Positions 62,124 to 64,000 of a DNA stretch of 64,000 nt are shown here, one piece after another. The notes under the pieces are model-generated. The model saw only the letters and a list, made by a program, of their open reading frames with translations. It had not been told where the DNA came from and did no database searches. Numbering within the stretch: position 1 is the stretch's first letter; every line of letters begins with the position of its first letter. Origin of the DNA: Candidatus Binatia bacterium (lineage in GTDB: Bacteria > Chloroflexota > Dormibacteria > Aeolococcales > Aeolococcaceae); NCBI GenBank assembly GCA_035624785.1, contig DASPQV010000025.1:285323-349322 (forward strand), given 5' to 3'. The translations under genes and the position numbers were made by a program.

Positions 62124-62993
62124 ATGACACCCCCGGCCCTCGACGCCGCGGACTGGGAGTGGCCGTCGGCGACTCGTTACGCCCGCCATCTCGCCTCCTT
62201 CTACGACGCCGTGACCGGCGCTTACGACGACTGGTCGTCAGGGGTCCACCGCCGGGTGGCCGCCCGACTGGTCGAGATCGCCTCGCCGGTCCCTGGCGAG
62301 CGCGTCCTCGACGTCGGGTGTGGAACTGGGCTGGTCACCCAGATGGCGGCCGAATGGGTGGGAGCGTCCGGGGAGGTGATCGGCGTCGACATCGCCGGCC
62401 GGCTGCTGGAGGTGGCCCGGCGGCGGGCGTCGCCTCGGGTGCGCTTCCTCCACGTCCCCGCCGAGGCGCTGGTGTTCAGCGACCTGACCTTCGACGTGGT
62501 CACGGTCGGCGATGCCCTCCCCTACCTGGCCGACCCGGTCCGGGCCCTCAGCGAGGCCCGGCGGGTGCTGCGCCGAGGCGCCAGGATCGCCGTCTCGGTG
62601 CTGGATCGCGCCCTGGACACGCCGGCGCAGGCCGTCTACCAGGAGCTGCTGCTCGCCCTCGAGAGACGCCACCCCATCGCGGTTCCTCGGCCCCCGGGCG
62701 ATCGCAGCCGCTTCGGCGAGCCCGAGGTGGTGGGCCGCCTGCTCGGCGCGGCGGGCTTCACGAACGTGGTGACGACCATGATGGTGACCGGCGGCAGGGT
62801 CACGACGGCGCGCGAGTGGACCGACCTGATGATGGGCTCAGGACCCTCATCCCACGCCCTGCTCTCGGTCCTCGGCCCCGCCATCCGGCAGGGGTTCGAG
62901 GCCGAGCTGACCGAGCGCATGAGCGAACTGGGCGAGGACGAGGCCTTCCGCTACCACCACCCCTTCACCTTCGCCGCCGCCGTCCGTTCCTGA
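62124..62993 (+). CDS. Class I SAM-dependent methyltransferase
   Basis: Motif I 'VLDVGCGTGLVTQ', post-I 'GVDIA' and motif II 'FDVVTVGDAL'. Start at the internal ATG (residue 180 of the track ORF). Confidence 0.75.
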   Translation: MTPPALDAADWEWPSATRYARHLASFYDAVTGAYDDWSSGVHRRVAARLVEIASPVPGERVLDVGCGTGLVTQMAAEWVGASGEVIGVDIAGRLLEVARRRASPRVRFLHVPAEALVFSDLTFDVVTVGDALPYLADPVRALSEARRVLRRGARIAVSVLDRALDTPAQAVYQELLLALERRHPIAVPRPPGDRSRFGEPEVVGRLLGAAGFTNVVTTMMVTGGRVTTAREWTDLMMGSGPSSHALLSVLGPAIRQGFEAELTERMSELGEDEAFRYHHPFTFAAAVRS

Positions 62994-63074
62994 GGGAGGC
63001 GCCAGTGCGGCGGGGACCCCGGGGCGCCTCGCCCGGAGGAGGGGGCGGCCGGCCCGCCGGCGGCCGAGGTGGGA

Positions 63075-64000
63075 TCAGGCGGTGGCCGGGGCGTGCTCCT
63101 TCTGATGAGCTTCGATCAGCTGCTGGGCGATCGGCGCTGGCACCTCCTCGTAGTGGGAGAACTCGGTCGAATAGCGGCCGCGGCCCTGGGTCAGGGCCCG
63201 CAGGTCGATCGGGAAGGTGAACATCTCCGCCTGGGGCACCTGAGCGGCGACCTCCGAGCGGCCGTCGCCGAGTGGGTTCATCCCCGCCACCCGGCCGCGA
63301 CGGGCGTTGAACAGGCCGATGACATCCCCGGTGAACCGGTCGGGAGCGATCACCTTGACGATCGCGATCGGCTCCAGGAGGACCGGCGAAGCCCTCTGGA
63401 CAGCCTCGCGCATCGCCATGGAGCCGGCGAGCTGGAAGGCGATGTCCTTGCCGTCGACGGGATGGGTGGAGCCGTCGACCAGCCTCACCCGGATGTCGAC
63501 CACCGGATGCCCGCTGATCGCACCCTGCTCCATGGTCTGACGCACCCCCTTCTCCACCGAGGGCCGGAACTGCTGGGGAATGGCTCCCCCGAAGATCTTG
63601 TCCTCCCACTCGTAGCCGCCGCCCCGGGGCAGCGGCTCGATCTCGATGGTGGCGTCTCCGTAGAGCCCGGCGCCGCCCGACTGCTTCTTGTAGCGATGCT
63701 GGACCCGGGCGGTGCCGTTGATGGTCTCCCGATAGGGGATGCGGGGCGCCTGGAGCTTGGCCTCCACGCCGTATTTGCGGCGCATCTTCTCCAGGACCAC
63801 GTCCAGGTGGACGTCGCCGAGCCCATGGGCGATCACCTCGTGGGTCACCTCGTCCCGGTCCACCGAGAAGGTGGGGTCCTCCTCGCCGAGGCGGGCCAGC
63901 GACTGCATGATCTTGTCCTCGTCCCCCTTGCTCCGGGCGCTGATGGCGGCCGCGTAACCGGCGGCGGGCAGGACGATGGGAGGAAGGGTCACCGGCGTCC
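63075..64000 (-). CDS. Elongation factor G paralogue, C-terminal domains III-V (partial; 5' end beyond window)
   Basis: 'RIPYRETI...HRYKKQSGGAGLYGD', 'YEWEDKIFGGAIPQQF' and 'GRVAGMNPLGDG' align with EF-G domains IV and V. The ORF runs off the right edge. Confidence 0.8.
   Translation of the reverse strand, partial: TPVTLPPIVLPAAGYAAAISARSKGDEDKIMQSLARLGEEDPTFSVDRDEVTHEVIAHGLGDVHLDVVLEKMRRKYGVEAKLQAPRIPYRETINGTARVQHRYKKQSGGAGLYGDATIEIEPLPRGGGYEWEDKIFGGAIPQQFRPSVEKGVRQTMEQGAISGHPVVDIRVRLVDGSTHPVDGKDIAFQLAGSMAMREAVQRASPVLLEPIAIVKVIAPDRFTGDVIGLFNARRGRVAGMNPLGDGRSEVAAQVPQAEMFTFPIDLRALTQGRGRYSTEFSHYEEVPAPIAQQLIEAHQKEHAPATA

Overview
This is a high-GC (~70%+) chromosomal segment with actinobacterial-type gene content. 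It carries a GT39 Pmt and GT2-GtrA Ppm mannosylation pair, an LCP protein, an F420-type LLM oxidoreductase, multidomain LigD, a MoxR-like ATPase with a VWA partner, a DUF5679 mini-protein, and many leaderless or SD-less starts. I call about 55 protein-coding genes. I recognised no rRNA, tRNA or CRISPR array. Several adjacent genes overlap by 4 nt (ATGA), suggesting tight operons: LCP to TolB-like, LLM to GlsB to histidine phosphatase, and plsX to gyrA. Housekeeping genes are ftsH, recJ, acnA, rplY(ctc), gyrB-plsX-gyrA and a partial EF-G paralogue at the right edge. Accessory-like content is two OmpR/HK two-component systems, a ferric-reductase-like/FMN_bind/ApbE operon, a long minus-strand operon of a MoxR-like ATPase, a VWA protein and a MacB/FtsX-type ABC exporter, and an HNH endonuclease gene flanked by two families of tandem repeats next to ligD. 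Most long Arg/Pro/Gly-rich ORFs in the six-frame track are antisense or out-of-frame shadows of real genes, a consequence of high GC. I chose between overlapping frames by recognisable domains and third-codon-position GC. Internal start coordinates were recomputed from the ORF-track ends and may be off by a few nt. All function calls are from remembered family motifs, not database searches.
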